DNA of 64,000 nt from Eledone cirrhosa (GCA_964016885.1 OZ024752.1:28396001-28460000); one strand, 5' to 3'. Shown: positions 11,536 to 25,077, counted from the first letter of the stretch. Notes: a model not told the origin generated them from the letters alone. Translations and numbers: made by a program.

Positions 11536-14500
11536 GGATCTGGTCGGGTTGCGCAAGTTTGCGCCTCCCCAACCAAATCTTCGACGACTAGCGCCAACCT
11601 CTTTGCTAAGACCTTGGCCAGAATCTTAAACTCTGCATTGAGCAGAGACATGGGCCTGAAGTTATCTAATGTGTCCTTCTTGTTCTTGTCTTTCCACTAC
11701 GCCGCGGCTCACAGAACTGGGATTACTCCCATTCTGCTGCCAGTTGCAGTAGAGTGCTTCGAGGAGATCGGAGAACAAGCCTAGCATATTTACGTAAAGC
11801 TCGTAGGGCAGACCATCCAAGCCGGGTGACTTGCGCCGCGTGCAGCCGACAAGGGCATCCTGAATTTCGGTTGAAGTTATCGGCCTATCGCAGCACTCAG
11901 CTTCGGTCGCCGAGAGGCGCGGCAAGCCGCCGGGGTAGGGTCTGAAGTCCGCTACCGTCTCTGTCCCGCTACTCCCCGCGAACAACTGAGCAATGTGCTG
12001 GCGTAAGGCCTCACACATCCGCTTGGAATCGCTCAGCTCTGGTTCCCTCGTTTCTCAGAGCACGCGTCTTAGCTCTGACAATGCAACCTTCGTGTTTCGC
12101 ATTGAAGACATGGTCTAATGCCATTCTCGCCGCTAGCACGTCGGTTGCAATGACACTATAAATAGCCTCGTCTAACTTATCTACCAGCTCCCACTCCTTT
12201 CTATTTTTTCTCAAACGCTACTTCTGATCTCTCTTTTGAGAGCCTCCGATCTCTTGTTGACGACCCGCCCCACCCCTCTCAACTTTTGCTTAACTAAATT
12301 GTTGACCCGGTCCCGGTAAGCCTTACGTACCGGAAATGACATGTTCAGCTTCCAGTAACCAGGTCCTAACCTACGTGTCTTATCTAAATCGACCATGCAG
12401 ATTACAAACTTGTGATCTGAATAGGCGACCATTTTAAAACGTGGACAGCTTACACTATTGCTATCTATTTTCCTAATGAATATCCTCTATATACGATCTA
12501 GATGAACCTATGCGGTTAGTGCAGGTCCACATTGGCGCATTAGGTAAATCTAGTCGGTACCTGTCAGACAGTTGGAACTGGCTAATCAGGTACTTGAGGC
12601 TTTTGCACCCCCAGCTCCTATCAGATGCTCCCACACAGTCCCAGCGTACGTCTAAAATGCCATTCCAGTCCGCCGCTAACAGTAAAGGACGAGACGTACC
12701 CCGAAACGCTTCCAGGCGTCTACAGAAGTCCAGCTGTCCTGCCCCCGTAGGGGCGTAGACGGCCACCAGTCTAAAGGCACCACCTTTGCTATTGTTCACA
12801 TCCAGGACCGCCAACTTACCGTCTGGGTCCCGGAAGATTGACCTTACCTCGAGATCCAGGCCTTTCCAAAACAGCACCGCCACCCCATCTCCCATTCCCG
12901 GCCGACTAACAGATGCGAAGATCTGATAGTCGTCGAAAATGGCGGCTAGTGCGCGCGTGTCGGAAATCCTGGTCTCGCTGATGACAATTATATCCATTTC
13001 TAGAGACCTGAGGTCGTTGAGCAGGTGACCCTGCTTCCAGGGCGACCCCAGACCTCGAACATTTAAATTTCCTACTCTTAATATAGTGATGTTGGCAGGC
13101 TAAAAGAGAAAGGAAAGGTTTACTTAGCTCCCGGGCTCTAGTGAAGATCGGGTGGTTCGACCTCCATAGTTGGTGGGGTTTCTTTTGGCAACCCCTTTAA
13201 AAGTCTGGATGTGGGTTTTACGTTCGGTGTTCCCATGTCCCGAGGCAAGCTGTCACGTATCCCTTTGTAGAAATCGAGCGACATTCACACCAGAAACAAA
13301 TCTTTCAGCACGCGAAATGTGCTCGATTTAAAAATCTCCCCCTCCGTTTAGATTTCTTTACTTCGTTCTACGAGGGCCATCAATTCCTAGTTGGCCCTTC
13401 TGACAAGCACGAAATTTTGCATGCTTTGTTGGTGCGGTTTTATTTTTGTGTGTGTCTGTGGTGAGGATGGTTTTGTTGTTTCGGTTGTGTCTGTGTTTGT
13501 TGTGAGTGCTGTGTCTGTTGTTTCAGAGGTTTGTGTGTGTATTTGTTCTTGCGTCTGTTTAGGTTGTTTGCGTTTGGGGGATTCTGGTGATGGGGATGGT
13601 GTTGGTGGTGTCGATGTTGGTGATGTTGGGGATATGTTTGCGTGGGTGGTGTCTGCATTTTTTATTGTGGGTGTTTTTGTGCTTTGTGGAGTTTTTTCGT
13701 CCTGTGTTTTCTTTTTCTTTTTTTTATTCTTTTTTGTGGGATTGTGGTTTTCCCTCATCTTCACTACTAGAAGTTTGAGGGGTCTGGGTCTGTAAGTGTG
13801 TCTGAGTCTGTGTGTGTTTATGTTTTTATTCATATGTGTAATTTTGCGGGGAGGGGGAATTTGACAGATTTTCTCGTTTCCCCCTGGGTGTTCAATGTTG
13901 GTGGTGGTCCTTCCATTGGTGTTGTTGGTGGTGGTTTTGCCGGTGCTGGTATTGGTGGCGGTGTTGGTCCTCGCCCCGGCATCAACAGCAGTGGACCCCT
14001 TCAACCATTTGCATCTTTCAGCAGTTGGGAGCAGAAGGCTCGCAAATGGGTTTTTTTCTTCGAAAACGAAACAATGAGGCCTTTTACCATCGGTCATAAT
14101 ATGTATTACCGTCCCGTTCTGAAGACAGATGTGGTCCGGGATTGTTTTTTACATTCTCCAGCCTGATCAGGAGAAGTATCTCCGGACCAGTCCTCTCTAG
14201 CAGTCCTTGTAACCTCTATCGGGACGGTATCCGTCCCCTCCACAATCACACATCCCCAAAGCCACCACATGTCAAGTCCTGGTGGGATACTGGGAATGCG
14301 GTATGGAGCTATTCTTTTTCCCATGTGGGAGGAGTACATTATGACCTTGCTTGTTTTTCAAGGGGTCATTGCATGTTTTATAGCGAGGGCTTCTGACTAA
14401 AACATCACCGAAATGGTGCTGTATTGTCTGCCCTTCGCGGCTTCAACACGCGGCTTCAATATCTGCCTGTGCAATTAAAGCTACCCTCTTTGTTTCTACT

Positions 14501-14868
14501 GAGATGCATCTGTAATGCACTTTTCTGCGCTCTACTGCTTCAATAGCTTCAACCGGGACAGTTAAGTTGGCCCAGGTTTGCTCTTCTTTGATGAGCTTGC
14601 ATGCCTGGAGCAACTTTTCATCTTTATTCGAGAGGTCCATGCTAAAGCATAGCCTCTTTTTGGCTCCTGCCACGACGCGAAAGTGTTCTTGTTGTTGGTA
14701 ATGTTCTTGTTGTCGTTGGCGTTGTCATCGTTGTTGTCGTTGTTCTTGTTGGTGTTGTTGCTGTTATTACTGTTGCAGTTGGTTATATCTTTGGTGCTGC
14801 CGTTGTTGTTCTCGGTGCAGTTGGTATTGTTGCTGTTGGTGCTGTCACTGTTTATGTTCTGTTTCTGT

Positions 14869-17162
14869 AAGGGCGGTGGATTGGCAGTATCTGTAGAGGG
14901 CCGGACGCCATGGTAGGGCGGTGGCTTGGCAGTATCTGTAGAGGGCCGGACGCCATGGTAGGGCGGTGGCTTGGCAGTATCGGTAGAGGGCCGGACGCCA
15001 TGGTAGGGCGGTAGATTGGCAGTATCTGTAGAGGGCCGGACGCCATGGTAGGGCGGTGGCTTGGCAGTATCTGTAGAGGGCCGGACGCCATGGTAGGGCG
15101 GTGGATTGGCAGTATCTGTAGAGGGCCGGACGCCATGGTAGGGCGGTGGATTGGCAGTATCTGTAGAGGGCCGGACGCCATGGTAGGGCGGTGGCTTGGC
15201 AGTATCGGTAGAGGGCCGGACGCCATGGTAGGGCGGTGGCTTGGCAGTATCGGTAGAGGGCCGGACGCCATGGTAGGGCGGTGGATTGGCAGTATCGGTA
15301 GAGGGCCGGACGCCATGGTAGGGCGGTGGATTGGCAATATCGGTAGAGGGCCGGACGCCATGGTAGGGCGGTGGCTTGGCAGTATCTGTAGTGGGCCGGA
15401 CGCCATGGTAGGGCGGTGGCTTGACAGTATCTGTAGAGGGCCGGACGCCATGGTAGGGCAGTGGATTGGCAGTATCTGTAGAGGGCCGGACGCCATGGTA
15501 GGGCGGTGGATTGGCAGTATCTGTAGTGGGCCGAACGCCATGGTAGGGCGGTGGCTTGGCAGTATCGGTAGAGGGCCGGACGCCATGGTAGGGCGGTGGA
15601 TTGGCAGTATCTGTAGTGGGCCGGACGCCATGGTAGGGCGGTGGATTGGCAGTATCGGTAGAGGGCCGGACGCCATGGTAGGGCGGTGGATTGTCAGTAT
15701 CGGTAGAGGGCCGGACGCCATGGTAGGGCGGTGGATTGGCAGTATCGGAAGACGGCCGGACGCCATGGTAGGGCGGTGGATTGGCAGTATCGGTAGAGGG
15801 CCGGACGCCATGGTAGGGCGGTGGCTTGGCAGTATCGGTAGAGGGTCGGACGCCATGGTAGGGCGGTGGATTGTCAGTATCGGTAGAGGGCCGGACGCCA
15901 TGGTAGGGCGGTGGATTGGCAGTATCGGTAGAGGGCCGGACGCCATGGTAGGGCGGTGGATTGGCAGTATCGGAAGACGGCCAGACGCCATGGTAGGGCG
16001 GTGGATTGGCAGTATCGGTAGAGGGCTGGACGCCATGGTAGGGCGGTGGCTTGGCAGTATCGGTAGAGGGCTGGACGCCATGGTAGGGCGGTGGATTGGC
16101 AGTATCTGTAGAGAACTGGACGCCATGGTAGGGCGGTGGATTGGCAGTATCGGTAGAGGGCTGGACGCCATGGTAGGGCGGTGGATTGGCAGTATCGGTA
16201 GAGGGTCGGACGCCATGGTAGGGCGGTGGATTGGCAGTATTGGTAGAGGGCCGGACGCCATGGTAGGGCGGTGGATTGGCAGTATCGGTAGAGGGCCAGA
16301 CGCCATGGTAGGGCGGTGGATTGGCAGTATCGGTAGAGGGCCGGACGCCATGGTAGGGCGGTGGCTTGGCAGTATCTGTAGTGGGCCGGACGCCATGGTA
16401 GGGCGGTGGCTTGACAGTATCTGTAGAGGGCCGGACGCCATGGTAGGGCGGTGGATTGGCAGTATTGGTAGAGGGCTGGACGCCATGGTAGGGCGGTGGA
16501 TTGGCAGTATTGGTAGAGGGCCGGACGCCATGGTAGGGCGGTGGATTGGCAGTATCGGTAGAGGGCCGGACGCCATGGTAGGGCGGTGGATTGGCAGTAT
16601 CTGTAGAGGGCCGGACGCCATGGTAGGGCGGTGGCTTGGCAGTATTGGTAGAGGGCCGGACGCCATGGTAGGGCGGTGGATTGGCAGTATCGGTAGAGGG
16701 CCGGACGCCATGGTAGGGCGGTGGCTTGGCAGTATCGGTAGAGGGCCGGACGTCATGGTAGGGCGGTGGCTTGGCAGTATCTGTAGAGGGCCGGACGCCA
16801 TGGTAGGGCGGTGGATTGGCAGTATCGGTAGAGGGCCGGTCGCCATGGTAGGGCGGTGGATTGGCAGTATCGGTAGAGGGCCGGACGCCATGGTAGGGCG
16901 GTGGATTGGCAGTATCGGTAGAGGGCCGGTCGCCATGGTAGGGCGGTGGATTGGCAGTATCGGTAGAGGGCCGGTCGCCATGGTAGGGCGGTGGATTGGC
17001 AGTATCGGTAGAGGGCCGGACGCCATGGTAGGGCGGTGGATTGGCAGTATCGGTAGAGAACTGGACGCCATGTTAGGGCGGTGGATTGGCAGTATCTGTA
17101 GAGGGCCGGACGCCATGGTAGGGCGGTGGATTGGCAGTATCGGTAGAGGGCCGGACGCCATG
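14869..17162 (+). repeat. 45-bp minisatellite, 51 units, made of the SINE 5' end (Pol III A-box region)
   Basis: Unit GTAGGGCGGTGGATTGGCAGTATCGGTAGAGGGCCGGACGCCATG recurs every 45 nt from 14871 to 17121. Confidence 0.97.
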
Positions 17163-17341
17163 CTTTGACGCATAGAGTTACGGGCCTTTATGATCTGAGT
17201 TCAAATCCCGCCGAGGTTAACTTTGCCTTTAATCCTTACGGGGTCGATAAAATAAAGTACCAGTCACGCACTGGGGTCGATTTAATCGACTTTCCCCTCC
17301 ACCAAAAATTGCTGGCCTTGTGCCTATATAAGAAACAATTA
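17120..17341 (+). mobile_element. tRNA-derived SINE (Nin-domain-like), terminal complete unit of the array
   Basis: A box TGGCAGTATCGG, B box GAGTTCAAATCC, central GAGGTTAACTTTGCCTTT(C/A)ATCCTTACGGGGTCGATAAAATAAAGTACCAG resembling the Nin/Deu domain. Confidence 0.85.
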
Positions 17342-17832
17342 TTTCTGTTGTCTGTCTTTTGGTTGTCGCTCTTACTGCTGTGGTTGGTGCTGTTGTTGTT
17401 GTTTTTGTTGGTGTTGTTGTTGTTGTTGTTGTTTTAAGGTTATTGTTCTCACATTGGTATTGCTGCTGCAGCTGTTCATACCGTTTGTGGTGGTGCTGCT
17501 AAATGTGTTTGTAATATAAATCAATATGTTTGCCGCTTCCCTCCTGTCATCGTTTAGGTCGCTGTCACACGACAGCAGACCCAAAGTTGGGGGGCGGGGG
17601 GTGGCACAGTCATGTTTTTTTTACGAGAAATTTTTTTTTTTTATACAAAAAGTTCAAAAATTTGGACCAAAAGGCTCAAATATTATACAGTCACCCCTTC
17701 ACAGGGCAGGAAGTCTTACGACCCTTTTCAAAGCATGCAACAATTATTATAAATGAAAATAAACAGAAAATTTGTCACTTTTGCGGAGCTCCAAAAACAC
17801 GTCTTCACTGTCTGACAACCAATAATAGTAAT

Positions 17833-18022
17833 AATTGTTTCTACTTTTGGCACAAGGCCAGCAATTACCCAATACATTACTGGTACTTTATTTTATCGAC
17901 CCCGTAAGATGAAAGGCAAAGTTAACCTCGGCGGGATTTGAACTCAGAATGGCAAGGGCCATAACTCTATGCGGCCAAGCATGGCGTCCGACCTTCTACC
18001 GATACTGCCAATCCACCGCCCT
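17833..18022 (-). mobile_element. Full-length tRNA-derived SINE (Nin-domain-like)
   Basis: Same A box, B box and central domain on the minus strand. Confidence 0.88.
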
Positions 18023-18026
18023 AATA

Positions 18027-18093
<67 letters not shown>

Positions 18094-19449
18094 AATAAAT
18101 AGGATGATAATAAATAGGATGATGTAGTTTGTAAGGGCTGAAGTAGAATTTATGTTTCTATTAATTCTTAGAAATTACATTAATGTTAACATCTTTGAAA
18201 TGTATTTTGAAAATATTTGAATAACAAGTTCCAAAGCTCTTGAGATACGACCGGCTTCATAAGTAGTTAAGCTGGTTATAAATTATGAATGGAAGTTAAT
18301 TTCTGAACATATGCCGGAATTTATGCATGCATTAGTGTTTGTATGTCTTTTGCGTTTCAAAATTCTTTGGATTCCTTTTATACATAGAATGTTGGTTTAT
18401 GACTACAAAATAAAGAGCCATAATTGTAAAATTTTATAACAAGAAATATTTAAATGCTTCTATTTAGAAATGGCTAGAAGTATTTACTGTTTTGGTCAGA
18501 GATTGAATTAACAGAAACATTATTTAATAGTCTTTTTCTTTGTCGAAAGTCCGAACAATTCACTTAAATATAAGGGAATAATCTACGTAGATAATATGTA
18601 ATATTCAAAATTCTTGTCCATGTATGTTATCCCTCTTACCGATGTGTAATTAAACTTCCACACTAATTGAGTAACTGGAATTTAGTAAAGAAGAAATACA
18701 TAGGATTAAATAAACATTCTTCAATGACTAGTACTCAAATAATCTAATAACTAAGTTCACATATTATTATCTACATAAATACGATGCAACATACATCTGA
18801 ACACACAAACCGTTGAAAATACGTAAAATATATATAAAGCATATAGGATTTAAATGAATACAAATTACAGAACAGATCAACACAATCAAAACTCTTATGA
18901 AAAGTAAAAATAAAAATACATCACACGAAACTATAAATTAGCACTAATATAATACAATAATTCTAAAATCAAACCCAACCTTATAAATTACAAACAACAA
19001 GCATGTAAAACAGAAAATTCGACAGAAAATATAAAAATGTTAAAGTTCATGAAACATATTGTTATATTAACCATACAAGTGCAACACTGTCTCGAAGATT
19101 CACTTGTATTTACAACAACAAACTACACATCACAAAACAGAGATGGATAAAAGAAGACTAATGGAGAATGTATGTGTAGGTGGTGGTGATCTCTCAGGAA
19201 ATGAATTACATTAGGATCAATAGATTTTAGCAAAGAAGTAGCAGTAAGTAAGATGGAGTAGAGAGAGATTTAGTAAAACTACTAGTTAATGTTAAAGAGG
19301 CGACAATGTGTAGGGTTGCAACCAATGTGTTAGCTACACCTATATGTGAAACATGGTGGATACACTTTGAGACCTACGGAAGTGTTCTGAGACAGGAAAA
19401 TAACCAAAGCCATTTGATGAACCCGAGATTTAGAGGTGCAGCGTGCCAA

Positions 19450-19592
19450 CAAAGTGGTGGTGGCGGTGGTGGGGTTGTGATGTGGGTTGTGATGGTGGGG
19501 GTTGTGGAAGTGGTGGTAGTGGTGATGGAAGCGGTGGCGGTGGTGATGGAAGCGGCGGCGGTGGTTGTAGTAGTAGTAGTAGTAGTAGTAGC

Positions 19593-19630
<38 letters not shown>
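19450..19630. repeat. (GGT)n/(AGT)n trinucleotide low-complexity tract
   Basis: Direct reading. Confidence 0.9.
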
Positions 19631-19960
19631 ACGACACACACAGGCGATAATGATAATCCAGCCTAAGAATTATTTCCTGTATAACAGCAATAATTATAGT
19701 TGATTATAGTTTGGTTATGACACAAATTATTATTAATATTGTCCATCTACCCTATATTTAGGGTAGAGGGAGAGAGAATGAATGAGAGAGCTAACAATAC
19801 ACAGTATGTTTTGTATCAAATAATTGTGCTGTTTATGTGTTTGTGTGTATGTGAATATGTTTCTGTATATGTGTATTTGTTGTGTGTGTGCGTGTGTAAT
19901 CGTGACTCGAAATCTTCTTCCTAAAGTACGTAAAGAAATCCGAATACCGATGTTTCTAAT

Positions 19961-20598
19961 AATGATTTCAAGTATAGGCACAAGGGCAGTAATTTCGGAG
20001 GATGGCAAAGTCGATTAAATCGACCCCGTAAGGATGAAAGGCAAAGTTAACCTCGGCGGGATTTGAACTCAGACCGTAAAGGACCCTAACTCTATGCTGC
20101 AAAGCATGGTGTCCGACTCTCTACCGATACTGCCAATCCACCCCCTTTACCGATGTTTCTAATAATTGTTTCTACTTTTTGGTACAAGGCCAGCAATTAC
20201 CCAGTACATTACTGGTACTTTATTTTATCGACCCCGTAAGGATGAAAGGCAAAGTTAACCTCGGCGGGATTTGAACTCAGAATGGAAAGGGCCGTAATTC
20301 ATTGCGTCAAAGCATGGCGTCCGACCCTCTACCGATACTGCCAATCCACCGCCTTAATGTTTCTAATACTGCCAATCCACCGCCTTAATGTTTCTAATAA
20401 TGGCAAGTAATTTGGGGGATGGAAAAGTCAATTAAATCAACGCCAGTGCGTAACTGGTACTTTATTTTATCGACCCCGTAAGGATGAAAGGCAAAGTTAA
20501 CCTCGGCGGGATTTGAACTCAGACCGTAAAAGATCGTAACTCTGTGCTGCAACACATGGTGTCCGACTCTCTACCGATAGTGCCAATCCACTTCCCTT
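19961..20598 (-). mobile_element. Three tandem SINE copies of the same family
   Basis: Copies at about 19961-20148, 20165-20355 and 20400-20598, separated by repeats of (ACCGA)TGTTTCTAATA. Confidence 0.88.
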
Positions 20599-20764
20599 AC
20601 CGGTGTTTCTAATAATAATACTTTCTTTATTAGTCTCAGAGACGTGTACATAAAATACAGTAAACATTATAAACACATTGATTCCAATACATGTGTAGCT
20701 GAATAGAAAACAGTATTTCTTTCTATTTTTTTTCCTGTAACTCCTGTATGTCAATACGGAGTTT

Positions 20765-21035
20765 CTTGGGCATTTTTAAACCTGGAGGAGCCCATCTCCT
20801 CTCCAGGTCTGAATACCTTCCAGAGAAAGATAAAGAGGGTGAGAGAATAGAAGTTAGAAAGATATATAGAAGAAGAATCTACCCCAGTACTTGACTGGTA
20901 CTTTTTTTATCGACCTCAATAAGATGAAATGCAAAGTTGAACTATGAAGGATTATTTGAACTCAGGGAGCAAAGAGCCGAAACGAATACCACAAAGCATT
21001 CTATCCGACGTTTTAACGACTTTGCTAATTCGCCG
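20765..21035 (-). mobile_element. Older, diverged SINE subfamily with an extended tail (second copy at ~53450-53670)
   Basis: Degenerate Nin-like core. The tail GGGCAT..TTAAACCTGG...GTGAGAGAATA..GAAAGATATA is shared by both copies. Confidence 0.6.
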
Positions 21036-22216
21036 AGAAAATGCCATATAAACATAATTACATCTTCAGGAAGATGCCTCACATTCATTCACCCCCGGTG
21101 AACATAGCCTGATGTGAATGAATGTGAGGCATTTTCTAGAAGATTTAATTATGCCTATATACCGCTTAAAAATGAATTTAGGGACAAGATTATATAAATG
21201 TGTTTAGGGACAAGAATGTTATACAAGTTCTGATTTTAGCAAGCAACAATGACAGTAAACCAATGGAAATGTTATACTATAGCGAATTCAGTTTGATAAA
21301 ACATGAAATAAGTAAAATTACTGTGGGGGGCAAATAATTCTGAGAGCGTTTACTCACACTGGAGATAATCACCCAAAGCTTATCACACGAGCCCCTGTTC
21401 TGGCCATATAGAAAAGCCGCCTGATGACCTGAATAAAGTAATGAAACTATGCCTGGCGCAATAGGGTGCTTTATTGAATCATAGAAATTGTGCAAATCAT
21501 TTCACAGCTTGCATTTGGCTGTATTGCCCCATGTAATTCCAGCAACCAACCACTATTGTTTCACTAACAGCTGTCTGGAAGATCCCGTCGAAACAGCCGC
21601 ACACCAGTCTCTTGATTTTTAATCGGATATGACAACTATACAATGATGTATCAACGTAAAACTGTGGCTTAGCATTTCTTAGCATCACTATTTTTTAAAT
21701 AAAACATAAGTGCAACATATGATGGCTGATACGTCCACCCAGATATTAGAAATATCCTTAAATCTGGCTATTGAGACTTCTTTTGTTATAGTCATATGAT
21801 TCTAGCTATTGATTCCTTGGAGAGTGGGTCCCACTAATTCTTCGAGAATATCTTATGTACAGATACACACAACGTCCACTTACAAGAAATTGAAACTACC
21901 TTGATGAATAGATAAAAGAGATTGGGCTCATTTGCCTAAAACACAAAATTTCAGAAAAGTAAAGGAAAGCTCCGAACACATAATAAACCGAACGGTACCA
22001 CAGCGCAGCTAGATTTCATTCTTATAAACAGTAAATGTAGCGGAATAGGATAGAATTGTGATTACTCGTTTGGGGACAGAACAGCGTAAACACATTGACC
22101 GACATATTCTAAACACACGCGCACACACACACACACAAGTGCAACCAAGTACACACATCCAATCACCTCCCCCATATATATGTACATATATACATACGAA
22201 GGCACGCACTTAAACA

Positions 22217-22274
<58 letters not shown>

Positions 22275-22305
22275 ATATATTATATATATATATATTATAT
22301 ATATA

Positions 22306-22350
<45 letters not shown>

Positions 22351-22712
22351 AAAGTTCTATTTAAAGTTGTTGGGATACAACAAGTAAATATTTTTATAAC
22401 TGATATAAAGCACTCGACAAGTTTTTGGAGTAGATATACTTTCTTTTCTCCATACATTTCTCTCTCTCTCTCTCCGATATTTCTCCAGGGTTTCTTTCTC
22501 TTTCTTTCTCTCTCTCCGTCTTTGTTCTTTTCTCTGTCTTTTTCTCTCTCTCCGTCTTTTTCTTTTTCTTTCTCTCCGTCTTTTTCTAATTGTGCTTAAC
22601 ACTATGACTTATTAAAACAATGTAAACAAATCACTATCCAGACAGCCTCCAAAACTAATGGTTGTATTTTAAAAGGGTACGTCAAAGCTATTTGTAAAAC
22701 TGTTATATATTG

Positions 22713-22777
22713 TATTTTGTCTGATGAAGGCATACCATAATTTAATGTGGTATCTCTGAAATATGTATAATGAAATA
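22713..22777 (+). ncRNA. Type I hammerhead motif (family also at 49103 and, degenerate, 47174)
   Basis: TATTTTGT-CTGATGA-stem II (ATACCATA/TGTGGTAT)-GAAA-TATGTA-TA^-ATGAAATA. Confidence 0.72.
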
Positions 22778-22816
22778 AATATGGTTTTATAAATATAGTT
22801 TCCATTTATTAATATC

Positions 22817-22877
<61 letters not shown>

Positions 22878-22912
22878 AAATAGACAAAGAAGCCTTCAAT
22901 ACATCAAAAGTC

Positions 22913-22967
22913 TTTATTAGCCTACAATGTTTCGTCCCATTAATAAGGACTCATCAGGGCAATTAAA
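22913..22967 (-). ncRNA. Type I hammerhead motif
   Basis: Minus strand GCC-CTGATGA-GTCC ttattaatg GGAC-GAAA-CATTG-TA^-GGC, with a canonical GUCC/GGAC stem II. Confidence 0.85.
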
Positions 22968-23696
22968 CAGATAGGAAGCATTAACGGCCAGAACAATCCA
23001 AAACTCAGAAGAATAGGGAATTCATATCTATGAAAGCTTATGAGAGATATGAAGGAAAAGCATGCTAAAGCTAAACGTTTGCAGTTACAAAAATAGATTA
23101 TATAGCAAGGAAGTGAGTAAAATGTCAAGCCAACGTAGAAATTACAGCATGATACAAAAACATTGAATACAACATGGTAATATAATATGAGAATTATAAT
23201 ACAATATAATGGGTAATAAAGCTTAATATATGTATATATATATATATCCATATATATATATACATTTACACAAACACATACTAACACTTAATAAGTATAA
23301 ATATACTCTTTATAATATAAAATAAAATAAAAACACCCTGACGGTGCGCATAAACTATACAAAAAATAAACTATACAAAAAATAAGCTATTCAGGAATAA
23401 TATAATAATATAGACATCAAAAATATACAAAACTACATCAAACATATCACTTAATGTCAACAAGTTGTATATAAAGTTATACACAGGGCAAGAAAAAATA
23501 TCTTAATAAAACTGGAGTATGTTGAAAAATATATATATATACATAAATACATAAGTACATAAAGTATTGATAATAAGTATATAGTGGTATATGCAGTATA
23601 CATTTATAAAATATTACAAAGTATTATAAAATATAACAAAACAGTACCTTAAAAATCAGACATAAAATAATACGTATAATTCCATTGCATAGAAAT

Positions 23697-24093
23697 GATT
23701 GTTTCTACTTTTGGCACAAGGCCAGCAATTACCCAGTGTATTACTGGTACTTTATTTTATCGACCCCGTAAGAATGAGAGGCAAAGTTAACCTTGGCGGA
23801 ATTTGAACTCAGTATGGCAAGGACCGTAACTCAATGCGTCAAAGGATGGCGTCCGACCCTCTACCGATACTGCCAATCCAATATATAAATATTAATATTA
23901 TATAAGGGCGGTGGATTGGCAGTATCAGTAGAGGGTCGGACGCCCTGCTTTCCAGCATAGTTACGTCCCTTTACGATCTGAGTTCAAATCCCGCCGAGGT
24001 TGACTTTGCCTTTCATCCTTACGGGGTCGATAAAATAAAGTACCAGTAATGCGCTGGGTAATTGCTGGCCTTGTGCCAAAAGTAGAAACAATT
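23697..24093. mobile_element. Head-to-head pair of SINEs (23697-23880 -, 23904-24093 +)
   Basis: Same SINE family in opposite orientations, about 23 bp apart. Confidence 0.88.
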
Positions 24094-24684
24094 AATATTA
24101 TAATGATAAATAATATAATAATATAAAAATATAAAAATATAAAAGCAGACTGGCAGAGTCAATTGAAAATGTTTAAGAGATATTATGCAAACCATATTAT
24201 AGGAAGATAAAGCAGCAAGTGGTAGTGAAGAAGTAATGATGATGATAGGACGACAGACATCAAGTGGTAGTAAAAAAATAAATAAAATGAAATAAAACGA
24301 AGAACAAAAACAAAAAACAAAAACAAGCACAGTACGTAGGTATAACGATTCATTATGTAAATATAGAAGGTATTATTATTCTAAACTAAAGAGTTGAATA
24401 GAAAACCTTATTAAATTAATTAATATTAAAATTGGCTAAAGGATATTATTAGTAAGTCTAAATGGGAAAAAGTTTTAAGTCATCAGAGTCGTATAAAATT
24501 AGGATATTTTAATAAAAACTATAATATATATTACGGTCCGATAAGACTTTTGATGTATTGAAGGCTTCTTTGTCTATTTTTATAATTTTTCGGCTCTGTT
24601 GTATTACATTGAGCTATATCCTATACTGTCATTTCTATAATATGACGAGTGTGTTTTACTCCAACGCACTCTAGTATTTTAATT

Positions 24685-24800
<116 letters not shown>

Positions 24801-25077
24801 GAAAGAAGAGTGACAGGGTTTGCTATACAAAAAAGGTTTTTAATCTCATTGCTGACAATTGTTTCTCTGAACTGGTAGGTCTAGAGATCGCTATCCGCTT
24901 ATTTTCACGTTACTCGATCATCAATACAAAGTTATAACCAGTCAATTCATCGGAGCTTGTGAGAATGGAAACGCCTTGTTGAGTCAAACTTAGCCAAGCG
25001 TTGATATCGTCCACTACCCAGAGTACCATAACTGGACTACCTAAGTGGGCTACCTATAACAATAATTTGTTACCCCG

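Larger units (their letters stand above)
11536..17820 (-). mobile_element. Tx1/L1-clade LINE copy 2, decayed and 3'-truncated, with ORF1 interrupted by a SINE-derived array
   Basis: Collinear homology to 7000-10680 (APE IIVISETR, AVYAP, SDHKFV; RT KSPGLDGLP). ORF1 resumes after 17342. The 5' end lies next to an AAT-rich run. Confidence 0.88.

Noticed and set aside
14869-17162. CRISPR-like appearance
   Set aside because: Contiguous tandem units without unique spacers, no cas genes, and a eukaryotic context.
14852-17173. 773-aa and 707-aa repetitive ORFs
   Set aside because: They result from a stop-free 45-nt (15-codon) unit identical to the SINE head. There is no evidence of a gene.
21200-21960. 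Short ORFs in moderately complex sequence
   Set aside because: No recognisable motif or consistent splice structure.
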